From a virus: DNA of 64,000 bases. The position numbers were made by a program, and so were the translations under genes. Numbering within the stretch: the first letter of the stretch is position 1; every line of letters starts with the position of its first letter. The notes under the pieces were generated by a model. It saw nothing but the letters and a program-made list of their open reading frames with translations. It was not told where the DNA came from and searched no databases. This document shows, piece by piece, positions 45,452 to 55,243 of this stretch. The stretch lies in IMG/VR virus record IMGVR_UViG_3300030329_003334, positions 30,022-94,021 of that record; one strand, given 5' to 3'.

Positions 45452-48333
45452 TGAGTAAAATATTTGAAGAATATAGAAAGTGGGCTCTTTCTAAAACGCC
45501 TTCTTATGATCATGGAGATGATGTTCATGAAGAGGAATCTACATTTACATATGAACTTCCTCCGTCTCCATTTAAAACAGTTACTCCTAAAGATGAAGAT
45601 TTTCCGTTTAAAGATTATGGTCTAAGTCAAGATACTATTTTAGAATTCTATGATAAAAATCAATCTGAGAGACCTGTAGGATATTATACACAATCAGGAG
45701 AGCGTGTTAACTTTGCCGATGCTATTAGTGTAGGAGAAATAAAAGAACCTTTTGAAAATAAACCTGGTGATTCAGAATATACTCTTAAAGATGTTGAGAA
45801 CTATATGATGAATTATTTAAAAGATGCAGGAGCTTTTGGAGATTACAAAGATTTACGAGATATGTATACACAACAAGCTAAAACCCATTATGGGGATTTT
45901 TATCCAAAACTTGTACAAACAGCTGAAGAATTATTTCCTAATAATGCAGAATCACAGAAAAGATATATTGATCAACATAAATCTAAAGGTACTAAAAAGT
46001 GGGGATATTATGATAAGATTAATCCTATTATGACTGATGCAATAAAACAGCGAATGGTAGATGATAATATTGCTGTTATGATGCAGGAACAATTTGGACC
46101 TGAACTTATTACTGCATTTCAACAAAGACAAATGGAATTATTACCTGGTTTAGAAAAATTTGTTTACGAGGGAGGAGAAGAAAAACCATATGATGATAGT
46201 TGGGCTGGTCCTGCTACTTTTGAAAATTTGTTAAAATATAGAATTAATGAAGCAAGTAGACATGCTAGAGGAAATATTAGATCATCTGGTTGGCCCTATC
46301 TAAAAGTATTTCATAAAAAGACTACAGAAATTCCAGATGTTGATCCTGCTACATTTCAAGGAGCTACAACATCTGTAGATTTACCCGCAGGTTCAATAAA
46401 TATACAAAAACGTGGTGATGTAGTAAAATCATATGATGAAGGAGATCATGTTCATCCGCATGAAGGAGATGATTTAAATAGATTATTACAACTACATAAG
46501 GATGGTGTTTTAAATAATGTTCAGAAACAAAAATTGATTAAATTATTAAAATCAGATATAACAACTTTTAAAAGTAATGATCCTAGTTTTCAAAAATTTC
46601 AATTTAATTTAGCACAACAGGCTGCTGCATCAGGTACAGATTTTTATTTACAAACTGATATTACAACACAAGAAGAACTTGAAGAAGCACGTGATAAAGG
46701 AATTATTTTTACGCAGGGACAGCTGGTAGGTGGTGATGATATATTAACGAAAGAAGATATTGTAAAAAAACAAGAAAATCCTGAGAGATATGGACCTTTA
46801 ACCGAAGAGTATACTACACGAAAAGGTATGTTAAGAGCTTATAAAACTACAGGAGAAGATGTAGTTATAAATCGTAAAGATTATAGTGTAAGTGGAGATA
46901 ATTTGTTAGATGAAAATATATTATGGAAGAATGCTTATGAAAGACGTGGAGTTTATGATGAAACAGATCCTAATATAGCAGGTTGTGGAGATAATATGAC
47001 TTGTATAACTGCTCAGACATATTTAATGAATGATGCTATTGATGCTTGGAATAAAGTTGATGGTAATCCTAAAATTCAACTTCCACGAGGAGGGCGGGGT
47101 GTTGCAACAGCTCATCCAGCTTTTTGGGGTACAGGTTACTATGCTCAATTTGGAGAAGCTGGTATGAATACAAATGATAGAAATTTTTTAACTAATATGT
47201 ATGATAGATCTTCTTTTTATGATAGAGTAGAAGATGAAGATGGTACAATTAGAGATTATGCTAATCCTGAGGCTATAGCAGACTTTTTTAAAAATTTAGA
47301 ACCAGGTACTATTATGGGAGTTCATGGCGGTAGTCATAGAGGTAGTCAGAGTGAAGAATCAGCTAACATGCCTGGACATGCAATGATGTATGCTGGAGGG
47401 GTAAGATATTATTTAGGTGGAGGAGAATATCAAGGTTTAGATTTTAGTACTAAAGAAGGTTATGAAAAGGCTTTAAAGTTTTTTAAGGATCAAGGAAAAG
47501 ATCTTAATCTTCAAAATATAGGATTTTTAAATTTACAAGATCCTACTACTAATTCGCCTTGGCAATATAGAACAGAAAATATGGGTTATGATTTTTGGAC
47601 GAAAGCCAAGAATATTAGAACATCAACTTTTCAAGGTAATCCAGCATATAGAGATTGGTATAAAAAAACATATACTGATCCTTTAATGGAAAAAGAAAGT
47701 ATATTATCACAACTGACTACAGATCCGTCAAGTGTTAATTCTCAATTGGGGACTAATTATGAATTATTTAAAGGATCTGAAGATATTTATTCAAAAGTTA
47801 AAGAAAAAGAAAAAGAAGTAAATGTTAATAAGAAAACAGATGTAACAGAGTCAGGAACTAGACCTACTAGTTGGTGGCTAGGCGAGGAGGGTTGGATTCC
47901 CGATGAATTCCAAGCAGGTGTAAATCGTCCAGATGTAGTAATAGATTCACAGGAAACAGGTGATGTAGTAACTCCTTCAACTAATTTAGATTTTGGTAGA
48001 AAAATTAATATAGATAAAGAGAATATTGTAGATCTTAAACTTAATAACTTTAGAAAAACAAGATCTTATCCTTCTGTAACTCCTATTGGCGGAATAGAGG
48101 GAGGAGGACAATTAGGTGAATCAGGACTAGGAAACTATTCATTTAATGCTTTTGGTGGATTAGGAGTTAATGTAAATCCTAATTTAACTTTTAATATAAC
48201 TCAAGGAACTAATTTTGGAGGAGGTGGTTATAAAGATCCTAATGAAGATTCGGGTATTGGAACATATACTTTTAGTAATGTAGAACTTCCTAAATTAGGA
48301 TTGAGGTATACTATACCACATAAAAAAAGATAA
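45451..48333 (+). CDS. 960-aa protein between portal and scaffold; possible NlpC/P60-like Cys-His domain
   Basis: GTG start overlapping the portal stop; TCITAQTYLM...LEPGTIMG...PGHAMMYAG; duplicated SYD(H/E)GD(D/H)VH. Confidence 0.55.
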   Translation: MSKIFEEYRKWALSKTPSYDHGDDVHEEESTFTYELPPSPFKTVTPKDEDFPFKDYGLSQDTILEFYDKNQSERPVGYYTQSGERVNFADAISVGEIKEPFENKPGDSEYTLKDVENYMMNYLKDAGAFGDYKDLRDMYTQQAKTHYGDFYPKLVQTAEELFPNNAESQKRYIDQHKSKGTKKWGYYDKINPIMTDAIKQRMVDDNIAVMMQEQFGPELITAFQQRQMELLPGLEKFVYEGGEEKPYDDSWAGPATFENLLKYRINEASRHARGNIRSSGWPYLKVFHKKTTEIPDVDPATFQGATTSVDLPAGSINIQKRGDVVKSYDEGDHVHPHEGDDLNRLLQLHKDGVLNNVQKQKLIKLLKSDITTFKSNDPSFQKFQFNLAQQAAASGTDFYLQTDITTQEELEEARDKGIIFTQGQLVGGDDILTKEDIVKKQENPERYGPLTEEYTTRKGMLRAYKTTGEDVVINRKDYSVSGDNLLDENILWKNAYERRGVYDETDPNIAGCGDNMTCITAQTYLMNDAIDAWNKVDGNPKIQLPRGGRGVATAHPAFWGTGYYAQFGEAGMNTNDRNFLTNMYDRSSFYDRVEDEDGTIRDYANPEAIADFFKNLEPGTIMGVHGGSHRGSQSEESANMPGHAMMYAGGVRYYLGGGEYQGLDFSTKEGYEKALKFFKDQGKDLNLQNIGFLNLQDPTTNSPWQYRTENMGYDFWTKAKNIRTSTFQGNPAYRDWYKKTYTDPLMEKESILSQLTTDPSSVNSQLGTNYELFKGSEDIYSKVKEKEKEVNVNKKTDVTESGTRPTSWWLGEEGWIPDEFQAGVNRPDVVIDSQETGDVVTPSTNLDFGRKINIDKENIVDLKLNNFRKTRSYPSVTPIGGIEGGGQLGESGLGNYSFNAFGGLGVNVNPNLTFNITQGTNFGGGGYKDPNEDSGIGTYTFSNVELPKLGLRYTIPHKKR

Positions 48334-48339
48334 AATAAG

Positions 48340-48441
48340 TTGTAAGATAAATAAAAAAGTATTACTTTTGCTATAATATTCACTAAAATATAAAATATAA
48401 CAAGATTTGTTATGATATTAATTAAAATTAACTTATATTTG
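48340..48441 (+). promoter_or_regulatory. Tandem Bacteroidota-type promoters upstream of scaffold/MCP
   Basis: TTG (48340)-N20-TACTTTTG (48363-48370) and TTTG (48406)...TATATTTG (48434-48441). Confidence 0.6.
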
Positions 48442-48454
48442 TAAAACATTAATT

Positions 48455-49657
48455 ATGGAAGAAAACAAAATAGAAGAAACATCAGTACCTAAAAACGCAG
48501 ATACGTTATGGGATATTGATGAAAGTACAACTTTCGAAAATGCTTTTGATATGACAGAAACTGCTGATCCTGATCCTATCTTGGATTTTGATAAAAAGTT
48601 AAATCCTGTTGAAGATAAAGCTGAAGAAATTAAAGAAGAAACTAAAGAAGAAAAACCAGAAGAATTAGTAGGTAATTTAGATGATGAATCTAAAGATACT
48701 GAAGAAACTTCTGAGTCTCCAGATTTTGATCCAGAGGCAGTTTCTACTACTGAGGTAGATACAGAAGACAATACAATTGACGAGGATAATCCCGTTGCTG
48801 TATTTGCTAGTATGTTGAATGAGAAAGAAATCATTGAATTAAATGATGATTTCGAAGCTACTGAAGAAGGATTACTTGAAGCAGTAGAAGGTACTGTTGA
48901 AAGTAGAGTTAAAGAGGAACTTGATCTATTTCAAAATAGTCTTACTAAAGAAGGTAGGGAGTTATTAAAGCATCTTATCAATGGAGGTAAGGTTTCTGAT
49001 TTTGTTGATACATATTCTCAATTAGGATTTGAAGAAGTAGATATTTCTAAAAGTACTAATCAAAAATATGTATTAAGAGAATTTATGAAATTAAGAGGCG
49101 ACAGTGAAGAGGAGATACGTGAGAACATGGAATTATACGAAGATAATGGTATTCTAGCTAAGAAAGCCCAAGTTGCTCAGCAACGATTAGCTGCTTATCA
49201 AGATCAAAGAAAGCAGAAATTTGCTGAGGAACAGCAAAGAGCTGCCAGACAGAAAGAAGACAAAAGGAAAGAAATTGTAACTAATATCCAAGAGACTATT
49301 TCAAAGTCTGAGGAAATAAAGGGTATTCCTTTATCTAAGAAAGCTAAGAAGCAATTATTATCGTATATGACCGTCCCTACTGTTAAGATTAATGATCCTA
49401 GTGGAGGGGTTCAATACGTTACTCAGTTTCAAGCCGATGAAGCAAAATCATCTAATAATTTAGATGAATTTATTTTAAAGGCTTATTTACGTATGACTGA
49501 TTATGATTTGTCTAGTGCAAAGAAAAGATCAGTTACGGATTTTAGCTCTAAACTTAGAACTAGTCTTCAGAACAAAAAAAGTTTGACTGACACTAAAGCA
49601 AAGTTTGGGGGTAACAAGAAAGTAGGAGGTAAATCTTCTGTTTCTTGGGATTTATAA
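48455..49657 (+). CDS. Capsid scaffolding-like protein
   Basis: Very acidic N-terminal half, coiled coil, immediately upstream of MCP. Confidence 0.7.
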   Translation: MEENKIEETSVPKNADTLWDIDESTTFENAFDMTETADPDPILDFDKKLNPVEDKAEEIKEETKEEKPEELVGNLDDESKDTEETSESPDFDPEAVSTTEVDTEDNTIDEDNPVAVFASMLNEKEIIELNDDFEATEEGLLEAVEGTVESRVKEELDLFQNSLTKEGRELLKHLINGGKVSDFVDTYSQLGFEEVDISKSTNQKYVLREFMKLRGDSEEEIRENMELYEDNGILAKKAQVAQQRLAAYQDQRKQKFAEEQQRAARQKEDKRKEIVTNIQETISKSEEIKGIPLSKKAKKQLLSYMTVPTVKINDPSGGVQYVTQFQADEAKSSNNLDEFILKAYLRMTDYDLSSAKKRSVTDFSSKLRTSLQNKKSLTDTKAKFGGNKKVGGKSSVSWDL

Positions 49658-49686
49658 CTTAATATTAATAATTTAAATTTAAAAAG

Positions 49687-51129
49687 ATGGCAAGAGCACA
49701 ATCAAAATTGGTAACAATGACTCGTCCTTGGCATGCTAATTTTACTGAGATGAACCACTTAGGTAATGCTTTTATGGCTGAACCTCATAAGTTTGATTCA
49801 GTATTAACTAGAGTATTTACTGCTTCAAGATTAGCAGATAATCCTTTAACAGCTATGACTAAAGGTATGGGTAAAACTTCCGAGATAGAGTCTTTTGAGT
49901 GGGAATGGGAATTGATGGGATCATCTTCTCGTCCTTTAGTAGTAATTGAAAACTTTGAGTCAGGAGCTTCAGCTGCTGCAGGTAATACCACTAATCCTGG
50001 TATTGCTGGTACTGAGTTCAGACTAAAAGTTGACGAAGACTGGTGGAAGCCTGGAGACGTTGTTACTCCAGACAAGAAGTATCTTTGTAGAGTACAAAGA
50101 GAGCCTATTGCAGATGGAGATGGGTATATATATTTCATGAGATTAGTAACTGATGATAATAGTTTATTTTTAGACCCAGACTACATGAAGGTAGGCACAC
50201 AATGGACTAAATATTTCTCTATTTATGAAGAAGGTGGCGATCAAAGTGGTTCTACTACTTACGCGATGCCTATGAAACTAAAATCTTCTTTATCTACTTT
50301 AAGAAAAGAATATTCCGTTACAGGTGATGCTGCTAATCAAGCATTAGTAGTTGCATTAATGGACGCAGAAGGTAAAGTATACAAAGACTATAAATGGTTA
50401 AAGTATGCTGAAGCTGAATATTGGATTCAATGGCACAAGGAAAAAGAGAGATCTCTATGGTATGGAAGATCTAACTCTACTGTTCCTGGAGCTAATGGTA
50501 GAATGGCAAGAACAGGTCCTGGAGTTCAGGAATTGTTAGAAGATTCTCATATCCATTATTATTCTACACTAACTGAAAATTTAATCCGTGAGTATTTATT
50601 GGATATTTTCTTTGGTAGAGTAGATATGGCTAATAGAAATATTGTAGCCTTTACAGGTGAATATGGTATGTTAGCATTCCATCAAGCTATGATGAATGCG
50701 TCTGCTCCTTTCTTAACTACTGATAGTAAGTTTATTGGAGGAAGCGGAAGTAATCTAGAGTTTGGAGGACAGTTCGTTAAATATAATGGACCTAATGGTA
50801 TTTCTTTAACATTAAGACACAATCCTGTGTATGATGATAGAGAAATTAATTTAAAAATGCACTCAAGCCTACAAGTTCCTGTAGAATCAATGAGATTTAC
50901 TTTCCTTGATTTTGGAGGAGGTGATGGTATGGGTAACATTAAATATGTTCATAAGAAAAATGGTTATAAACTAGGATATGTTTCTGGTTTACAAACTCCT
51001 TATGGACCAAATCAAGGTGGATTAATGAGTAACGCTAAAGATTCGTATACTATGATCGTTCATGATCAGTGTGGTATTCAGATTGATGACGTAACTCGTT
51101 GTGGAGAATTAATTCTTCAAGAAAATTAA
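49687..51129 (+). CDS. Major capsid protein (HK97 fold, crAss-type)
   Basis: TEMNHL; EWEWEL; EKERSLWYG; TGPGVQE; FTGEYG; FGGQFVKY; HNPVYDD; DVTRCGEL. Confidence 0.88.
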   Translation: MARAQSKLVTMTRPWHANFTEMNHLGNAFMAEPHKFDSVLTRVFTASRLADNPLTAMTKGMGKTSEIESFEWEWELMGSSSRPLVVIENFESGASAAAGNTTNPGIAGTEFRLKVDEDWWKPGDVVTPDKKYLCRVQREPIADGDGYIYFMRLVTDDNSLFLDPDYMKVGTQWTKYFSIYEEGGDQSGSTTYAMPMKLKSSLSTLRKEYSVTGDAANQALVVALMDAEGKVYKDYKWLKYAEAEYWIQWHKEKERSLWYGRSNSTVPGANGRMARTGPGVQELLEDSHIHYYSTLTENLIREYLLDIFFGRVDMANRNIVAFTGEYGMLAFHQAMMNASAPFLTTDSKFIGGSGSNLEFGGQFVKYNGPNGISLTLRHNPVYDDREINLKMHSSLQVPVESMRFTFLDFGGGDGMGNIKYVHKKNGYKLGYVSGLQTPYGPNQGGLMSNAKDSYTMIVHDQCGIQIDDVTRCGELILQEN

Positions 51130-51146
51130 TCTAACTTAAAATAATT

Positions 51147-52064
51147 ATGATGAGTAAAAGAACTTTGGTTTATGTAAAACCTATTATTAGAAATAAATGG
51201 CACGGTTTAAATGACTTAAATCGTTCTAAATTTCAAGATACTGCAGATGTCTTAATGGCTTTGTATGATTCAAAAATTGGTAAATTAGCAACTGGACTTG
51301 ATTCAGATGATGAGACTAGATTGGGGGCGGCTCTTGGAGCTGACCTCGGATCTACCTCTGAGTACTGGGATAATTTTCGTGTTAGGCTAAAAGATCAAAC
51401 GATGATTTATGATTTAAGCATTCCTTTACAGGAAGTACAAATTAAACTACTTAAAGCTAGTAGATTTGTAGCTAATTCTCAAAAAGAGTTTGATCAAGGA
51501 AAATGGCCAGCAGCTAAGTATATTATCTTTGATGAAGAACAAGAGCTTGAAAAGAAGGCAACTGAGGTAGAGTTAAAAACTAAAGCTATAGAGTTATTTA
51601 ATAATTTATCTCTTGAAAAAAAGATAGATTTATTAAAAATTTATGGAAAGTATACTATGGATTCTTCAAGAGATTTTGTATATACAAAATTATATGAGAT
51701 TGTTGAAGAAACACCAACTGACTTTTTAAAAGTAGCTTCGTTAAAACCAGAACAGATTAAAATTAAAGCTCTTGTTTTTGATTTAGAAAGAACTGGTATA
51801 TTTAGGAGAAAAGGTACGGCTTTTTTATATAATGATCAGCAAGTAGGTTTCGACTATGATAATACAGTAGAAAATTTATTAGATCCTATGAAACAAGAAC
51901 TTTTAGTTAAACTTAAAGGTGATTTGGAAGCTAGAATTCCTTCTCATACTATTGCAGTAAAAGAAGAGGTTATAGAAGAAGTAACTAATGTTGAATCAGA
52001 AGTTAAAGAATCTAAGCCTAAAGCTACTGCAAAAAAAGTTAAGAAGGATAAGAAAACTAAATAG
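51147..52064 (+). CDS. Conserved crAss-like protein following MCP
   Basis: Position after MCP; YWDNFRV.L...DLS.P; ANS.KE. Confidence 0.65.
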   Translation: MMSKRTLVYVKPIIRNKWHGLNDLNRSKFQDTADVLMALYDSKIGKLATGLDSDDETRLGAALGADLGSTSEYWDNFRVRLKDQTMIYDLSIPLQEVQIKLLKASRFVANSQKEFDQGKWPAAKYIIFDEEQELEKKATEVELKTKAIELFNNLSLEKKIDLLKIYGKYTMDSSRDFVYTKLYEIVEETPTDFLKVASLKPEQIKIKALVFDLERTGIFRRKGTAFLYNDQQVGFDYDNTVENLLDPMKQELLVKLKGDLEARIPSHTIAVKEEVIEEVTNVESEVKESKPKATAKKVKKDKKTK

Positions 52065-52067
52065 TAG

Positions 52068-52838
52068 ATGGATGTTAGAGAAATGCATTATGAAGTTAAG
52101 TTAAAACTTAACAAAATTGATAGTTCGGATTATGAAAATTTAACTGTTCCTGAGATAGATTGGTATCTAAATGAGGCTCAAGATATTTTTATAAAACAAC
52201 GCTATGGTATTTCTAATAACAAACGTCAAGGTTTTGAAACAACTCAAAAAAGAATAGATGATCTTAGGAAGTTAGTAGTTAAAGGTAATATTATACCTTT
52301 TACTACTTCTTCTGTTGATCTAAATTCTTATGAGGCTTGTTTACCTGAAAATTATATGTTTCATATAAGAAGTAGAGCAAATATAAGTAAAGAGACTTGC
52401 GCAACAAAATTAGGAGTATCAACTGTACAAGTACAACATGATGATCTTGATTCTATTTTACAAGACCCTTTTTACTCTCCTTCTTTTGAATGGGAAGAAA
52501 TACCTATAGTTTTTATGGAAGGAGGTCCTCAAGGGGTTACAGGAGCCGATGATATATGTCCTACAGGTTATGTTATAGGATATTCTGATGGAACTTTTAT
52601 TTTAAATGATTTAAGACTGGATTATCTACGAATGCCTAGACGTATAGCGTGGGGAGCAGGAGTAGGTAGTACATCTTACATCTATCCTAGCGGATTGCCA
52701 GCAGCACTTCTTGATAGTTGTGAGTTGGCTGAACATACACATCACGAGATTGTGGACATAGCCGTTATGATAGCTTCGGGTGATTTAGACCACCCAAATC
52801 TTCAAAGTAAGATTTTGAAGACACAATTAAATGAATAA
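52068..52838 (+). CDS. Head-tail connector/ring-like structural protein
   Basis: EMH......KIDS...EIDWYLNEAQ...GFETTQKRIDDLRKLV...YLRMP...CELAEHTHHEIVDIAV. Confidence 0.7.
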   Translation: MDVREMHYEVKLKLNKIDSSDYENLTVPEIDWYLNEAQDIFIKQRYGISNNKRQGFETTQKRIDDLRKLVVKGNIIPFTTSSVDLNSYEACLPENYMFHIRSRANISKETCATKLGVSTVQVQHDDLDSILQDPFYSPSFEWEEIPIVFMEGGPQGVTGADDICPTGYVIGYSDGTFILNDLRLDYLRMPRRIAWGAGVGSTSYIYPSGLPAALLDSCELAEHTHHEIVDIAVMIASGDLDHPNLQSKILKTQLNE

Positions 52839-52859
52839 TAATAAATAAAAATTAAAACA

Positions 52860-54305
52860 ATGAGTACAAGAAATATGACAACCGATGTCTTAGTACCTTT
52901 TGTAGATAATGTTATAGCACAAGATGCTGATGTTGCTACATTTGTGAGCTCTGGGACTGTTGGTGAATTATATGCGTATGATACTGATACCAATTTAAAT
53001 GCTGGGGATACTAGTGCTATAGTTAGTCCTAATGTTCCTAGATCTATTACTTGGTGTGTCAAATATACGGATGAAGATGGAAATACTGCTTTGAAGAAAA
53101 GTAGTCCTATTCCTACTAAATGTATTAGATCTGTTCGTTATGAAGTAGGTGGAGCTGGTACAGCAAAAGTTGTAACAATTGATAGTGTTGATAATATCGA
53201 CTGTGAAACTGAATATTGTTTAAAAGTGAGATACGAGTCTCCAGAAATTGCTAAAACATATGGTTATCAAGATATGGTTAAAACATATTCTTATGTAACT
53301 AGATGTTGTGGTAGTGCATGTGGATGCCCTGATGGAGCTGCATGGGATGCTCTTATGGGTCTTGCTGAGCAATTAAATAATGATAATGATTCAGGAATGA
53401 ATAATGGTACTGCTAAATCAATAACACATGCTAGAGTATTAAACTCTACTTCTCCTACTGCTTCTAATGATCCAGATGAAATTTGGACATTAACTAAAGG
53501 TTCTAATATTATTAACTGTGCAACAGATATAGACTACGCTAGTGGTACTGATGTTGCTGTTGGTGACTTTATTAGAATTATGGATGGTGGTGGAACTGTT
53601 ACTACTGCTGCTGGTGATACATTTAGAGTAGAAGCTACTGATACAACTGCATTAACTATTACATTAGATCGTCCTTGGCCTTATTCTACGCAAAACCTAG
53701 ATACTACTGGTGATGCAGAGGTAATTCCTAAAGCTACTGGTGAGGCGTTTGCTGACTCTACGTGGTCTATGGAAATAGCTGGAGCTGGACAAGTTAATCC
53801 TTCTGGTGGTAATAATGTAAATTATACTCCAGCTTATATGACAGATTTCTATGTTGGATTAAGTTGTAATTTAGATTGTAATGCTACTGTAACTACTAGT
53901 ACTGCTTTAGTACAACCTGAAGGTTATGGTGTTGGTATCCAACAAATGGAAATAGCTAATTCTAGAATGCATAAGCCTTATATGGGTGCTACAATTACTG
54001 ATCAACCAAAATCTGGTTATGATTATTTTGTAGGAACAGGAACTACGCAAACTACTGCTTACTTCAATCAATTAATCGTTGAGTACACTGATTGTGGACA
54101 CGAATCTGCAGAGCAACCAATTATTTCTAGAAAGAAATTAATTATTGCTATGGATGCAGGTGATACTACTTTAAGAGGTGCAGCTGCCGCTGATGCGTCA
54201 GGTGAAACTGATGATGATGTTGTTACTTGGTGGGCAAGTCTGTGTGACTCTTTAGAGATTAATTTCGAAATGGAGCATATTGATCTAGATGCAGGAACTG
54301 ACTAA
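52860..54305 (+). CDS. Structural protein (auxiliary capsid/decoration-like)
   Basis: 481 aa, rich in T/G/D, last gene before the terminator; RCCGSACGC cluster. Confidence 0.6.
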   Translation: MSTRNMTTDVLVPFVDNVIAQDADVATFVSSGTVGELYAYDTDTNLNAGDTSAIVSPNVPRSITWCVKYTDEDGNTALKKSSPIPTKCIRSVRYEVGGAGTAKVVTIDSVDNIDCETEYCLKVRYESPEIAKTYGYQDMVKTYSYVTRCCGSACGCPDGAAWDALMGLAEQLNNDNDSGMNNGTAKSITHARVLNSTSPTASNDPDEIWTLTKGSNIINCATDIDYASGTDVAVGDFIRIMDGGGTVTTAAGDTFRVEATDTTALTITLDRPWPYSTQNLDTTGDAEVIPKATGEAFADSTWSMEIAGAGQVNPSGGNNVNYTPAYMTDFYVGLSCNLDCNATVTTSTALVQPEGYGVGIQQMEIANSRMHKPYMGATITDQPKSGYDYFVGTGTTQTTAYFNQLIVEYTDCGHESAEQPIISRKKLIIAMDAGDTTLRGAAAADASGETDDDVVTWWASLCDSLEINFEMEHIDLDAGTD

Positions 54306-54326
54306 TAGTTAGTTACCTCAGATATT

Positions 54327-54360
54327 AAGAGAGCGAGGGATTTATTCCCTCCCTCTTTTA
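54327..54360 (+). terminator. Intrinsic terminator after the capsid operon
   Basis: AGAGAGCGAGGGA-TTTAT-TCCCTCCCTCT-TTTA. Confidence 0.7.
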
Positions 54361-54381
54361 TCTGTTTAAAAATTTATATCA

Positions 54382-54609
54382 ATGGATCGAGTTCTCTGTA
54401 TTCTTCAAGCTTACGCTGCACAAATTGTATTAGACTGTGATAAATGTAATGAAGAGTTTCTAAGAAAGTTTTTAGAAGCTCATGCCTTATATAGGACTGT
54501 TATTATTGCTACTAATGAAGGCTGTGATCAGACAAAAATAGATAATGTTACTAAAACATTAGAAAATTATGTATTGACTATGGAATGCAGATATTGTGGT
54601 AATTGTTAA
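54382..54609 (+). CDS. Small Cys-rich protein, paralogous to the C-terminus of the next gene
   Basis: LDCDKCNEEFLRKFLEAHAL...CRYCGNC. Confidence 0.65.
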   Translation: MDRVLCILQAYAAQIVLDCDKCNEEFLRKFLEAHALYRTVIIATNEGCDQTKIDNVTKTLENYVLTMECRYCGNC

Positions 54610-54619
54610 TAATTAATTT

Positions 54620-55237
54620 ATGGCAACAAAAACAACATTAAATACAGGAGATAATACAAAAGAAATATTTCCAAATAGTAAGAGTACATTTACGACTACT
54701 GCAAAAGTAGACCGTCATTTAATTAGTCCTGCTCAGGATTGTAGTGGCTTTTTACTTGTATTAAGTTTAAATACTATTTTGGATGATCAAGATCCTAATC
54801 AAATAACTAATATGGCTATTACATTAGATGTAATACAACATAATGATGGAAGTACAACAACTTATAGTGATGGTACAGATTATGATATAGATTATTATAA
54901 TGATGAGCTTATATATGGAGTTTTTATTACTCATTCTTTTACTAGTGGATATTATACTATAAGATATAAAGTATCTGGAGATAATATTGATACCATATAT
55001 GTAGATAAAAAAATAAAAGTAGATTGTAATTGTTGTTTAAATAAAGCTTTAAAGAAACTGCATTCTTTAGAATGTGATGAATGTGATGATGAATATAGGA
55101 GAAAGTTTTTAAAAGCTTATGCTTTGAGTAAGGCTATTGAATTTGCACCTCATGCTACAAATAAAACTATGGTAGCTAGAGCAATTAAATTAAGAGACAA
55201 TTTATGTAATAACTTATGTGATTGTAAAAACTGTTAA
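54620..55237 (+). CDS. Beta-sandwich plus Cys-rich helical domain protein
   Basis: SGYYTIRY; CNCCL...LECDECDDEYRRKFLKAYAL...CDCKNC. Confidence 0.65.
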   Translation: MATKTTLNTGDNTKEIFPNSKSTFTTTAKVDRHLISPAQDCSGFLLVLSLNTILDDQDPNQITNMAITLDVIQHNDGSTTTYSDGTDYDIDYYNDELIYGVFITHSFTSGYYTIRYKVSGDNIDTIYVDKKIKVDCNCCLNKALKKLHSLECDECDDEYRRKFLKAYALSKAIEFAPHATNKTMVARAIKLRDNLCNNLCDCKNC

Positions 55238-55243
55238 AAAATA

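Noticed and set aside
22357-51129. Introns or inteins in polA, terL or MCP
   Set aside because: All are uninterrupted, of normal length, with motifs in order.
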